Source: a virus (taxonomy: Duplodnaviria; Heunggongvirae; Uroviricota; Caudoviricetes). From it: a DNA stretch of 37,397 bases. Below the pieces are notes generated by a model. It saw nothing but the letters and a program-made list of their open reading frames with translations, did not search any database and had not been told where the DNA came from. The DNA lies in the IMG/VR virus record IMGVR_UViG_2563366852_000004, positions 1 to 37,397 of that record, one strand, 5' to 3'. This document shows, in pieces, positions 36,128 to 37,397 of the stretch. Made by a program: the position numbers and the translations under genes. Position 1 is the first letter of the stretch. Every line of letters begins with the position of its first letter.

Positions 36128-36346
36128 ATGTACTTGACACTTCAGGAGTGGAACGCACGCCAGCGACGCCCAAGAAGCCTTGAAACAGTTCGTCGATGGG
36201 TGCGCGAATGCAGGATATTCCCTCCTCCGGTTAAGGATGGAAGAGAGTATCTGTTCCACGAGTCAGCGGTAAAGGTTGACTTAAATCGACCAGTAACAGG
36301 TAGCCTTTTGAAGAGGATCAGAAATGGGAAGAAGGCGAAGTCATGA
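36128..36346 (+). CDS. xis: Excisionase Xis
   Basis: 72 aa; MYLTLQEWNARQRRPRSLETVRRWVRECRIFPPPVKDGREYLFHESAVKVDLNRP... is essentially identical to lambda Xis as remembered. Confidence 0.9.
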   Translation: MYLTLQEWNARQRRPRSLETVRRWVRECRIFPPPVKDGREYLFHESAVKVDLNRPVTGSLLKRIRNGKKAKS

Positions 36347-37397
36347 GCGCCGGGATTTACCCCCTAACCTTTATATAAGAAACAATGGATATTACTGCTA
36401 CAGGGACCCAAGGACGGGTAAAGAGTTCGGATTAGGCCGAGACAGACGCATAGCAATCACTGAAGCTATACAGGCCAATATTGAGTTGCTATCCGGGAAC
36501 AGGCGTGAGTCACTGATAGACAGAATTAAAGGCGCTGACGCAATCACTCTTCATGCGTGGCTTGACCGATATGAAACAATCCTCAGCGAGAGGGGTATCA
36601 GGCCGAAAACTCTACTCGACTACGCCAGCAAAATCAGGGCAATCCGAAGAAAATTGCCGGACAAACCGCTCGCTGACATATCAACGAAAGAGGTGGCAGC
36701 AATGCTAAACACCTACGTAGCAGAAGGTAAAGCGGCTTCCGCAAAATTAATCAGGTCAACCCTTGTTGACGTTTTTCGTGAGGCAATAGCCGAGGGGCAT
36801 GTAGCAACGAATCCGGTAACAGCAACCCGCACAGCAAAGTCAGAAGTAAGGCGCTCAAGGCTGACAGCTAATGAGTATGTCGAGATTTACCATGCAGCCG
36901 AACCTCTCCCAATCTGGCTAAGACTGGCGATGGATTTGGCTGTCGTTACAGGGCAGAGAGTCGGCGATTTGTGCAGAATGAAATGGTCAGACATAAACGA
37001 CAACTATCTTCACATTGAACAGGGTAAAACAGGGGCTAAGCTCGCCATTCCGCTGACGCTAAGGATTGACGCGCTCAATATCTCATTGGCTGATACACTA
37101 CAGAAATGCAGGAAGGCCAGCGGCAGTGAAACAATAATTGCATCAACGCATCACGAACCACTTTCCCCGAAAACAGTATCGAAGTATTTTACAAAGGCGA
37201 GAAATGCATCTGGGCTCTCATTTGATGGAGACCCGCCAACATTCCATGAACTGCGTAGCCTGTCGGCGAGGCTATACCGGAACCAGATTGGCGATAAGTT
37301 TGCTCAACGTCTTCTCGGGCATAAATCAGATTCAATGGCAGCGCGGTATAGGGACAGCCGTGGACGGGAATGGGACAAAATTGAAATCGACAAATGA
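36324..37397 (+). CDS. int: Tyrosine integrase (lambda Int family)
   Basis: 357 aa; N-terminus MGRRRSHERRDLPPNLYIRNNGYYCYRDPRTGKEFGLGRDRRIAITEAIQANIEL and catalytic region (HELRSL...LLGHKSD..A..YRD.RGREWDKIEI) match lambda Int; overlaps xis by 23 nt as in lambda; stop coincides with the window end. Confidence 0.95.
   Translation: MGRRRSHERRDLPPNLYIRNNGYYCYRDPRTGKEFGLGRDRRIAITEAIQANIELLSGNRRESLIDRIKGADAITLHAWLDRYETILSERGIRPKTLLDYASKIRAIRRKLPDKPLADISTKEVAAMLNTYVAEGKAASAKLIRSTLVDVFREAIAEGHVATNPVTATRTAKSEVRRSRLTANEYVEIYHAAEPLPIWLRLAMDLAVVTGQRVGDLCRMKWSDINDNYLHIEQGKTGAKLAIPLTLRIDALNISLADTLQKCRKASGSETIIASTHHEPLSPKTVSKYFTKARNASGLSFDGDPPTFHELRSLSARLYRNQIGDKFAQRLLGHKSDSMAARYRDSRGREWDKIEIDK

Noticed and set aside
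35906-36259. 117 aa minus-strand ORF overlapping xis
   Set aside because: It is antisense to the lambda-identical xis gene and the upstream terminator; no RBS.
1-37397. CRISPR arrays, tRNA or rRNA genes, insertion sequences
   Set aside because: No regularly spaced direct repeats, cloverleaf-like tRNA structures or transposase-like ORFs with terminal inverted repeats were seen on visual inspection; the only repeat array is the set of ori iterons in the O-like gene.

Overview
The window reads as a nearly complete lambdoid prophage of the P22-like (Sf6/HK620-type) group, in reverse orientation relative to the lambda map. It is bounded exactly by the stop codon of an AT-rich acyltransferase gene (1..3) and the stop codon of a lambda-type integrase (37395..37397), so att sites lie outside the window. 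From the left on the minus strand: acyltransferase and tailspike, ejection proteins, tail needle, head completion proteins, coat, scaffold, portal, terminase, moron-like small genes, the lysis cassette (Rz/Rz1, R, S), pR'/tR', Q, the nin region (NinH, RusA, HNH endonuclease, YbcO-like, antirepressor, NinF, NinE, Dam-like methylase, NinB), DnaB-type helicase, O-like initiator with ori iterons, cII and cro. On the plus strand: cI, a small membrane protein, oL/nutL, N-like antiterminator, ral remnant, cIII-like, kil-like, a Rad52/Erf mosaic annealase, SSB, a DnaQ-like exonuclease, Ea-type small genes, xis and int. Calls rest on reading the supplied translations against remembered lambda/P22 protein sequences plus manual inspection of the DNA; no database search or computation was run. 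The ORF track uses alternative start codons, so several starts were re-placed by hand at ATG/GTG codons with an SD-like sequence. Non-coding feature coordinates are hand-counted and may be off by a few bases. No single clearly novel multi-gene system is evident; the best candidates are the membrane protein downstream of cI, the AT-rich T5orf172-like moron, and three apparently inactivated accessory genes (antirepressor, Dam methylase, ral).
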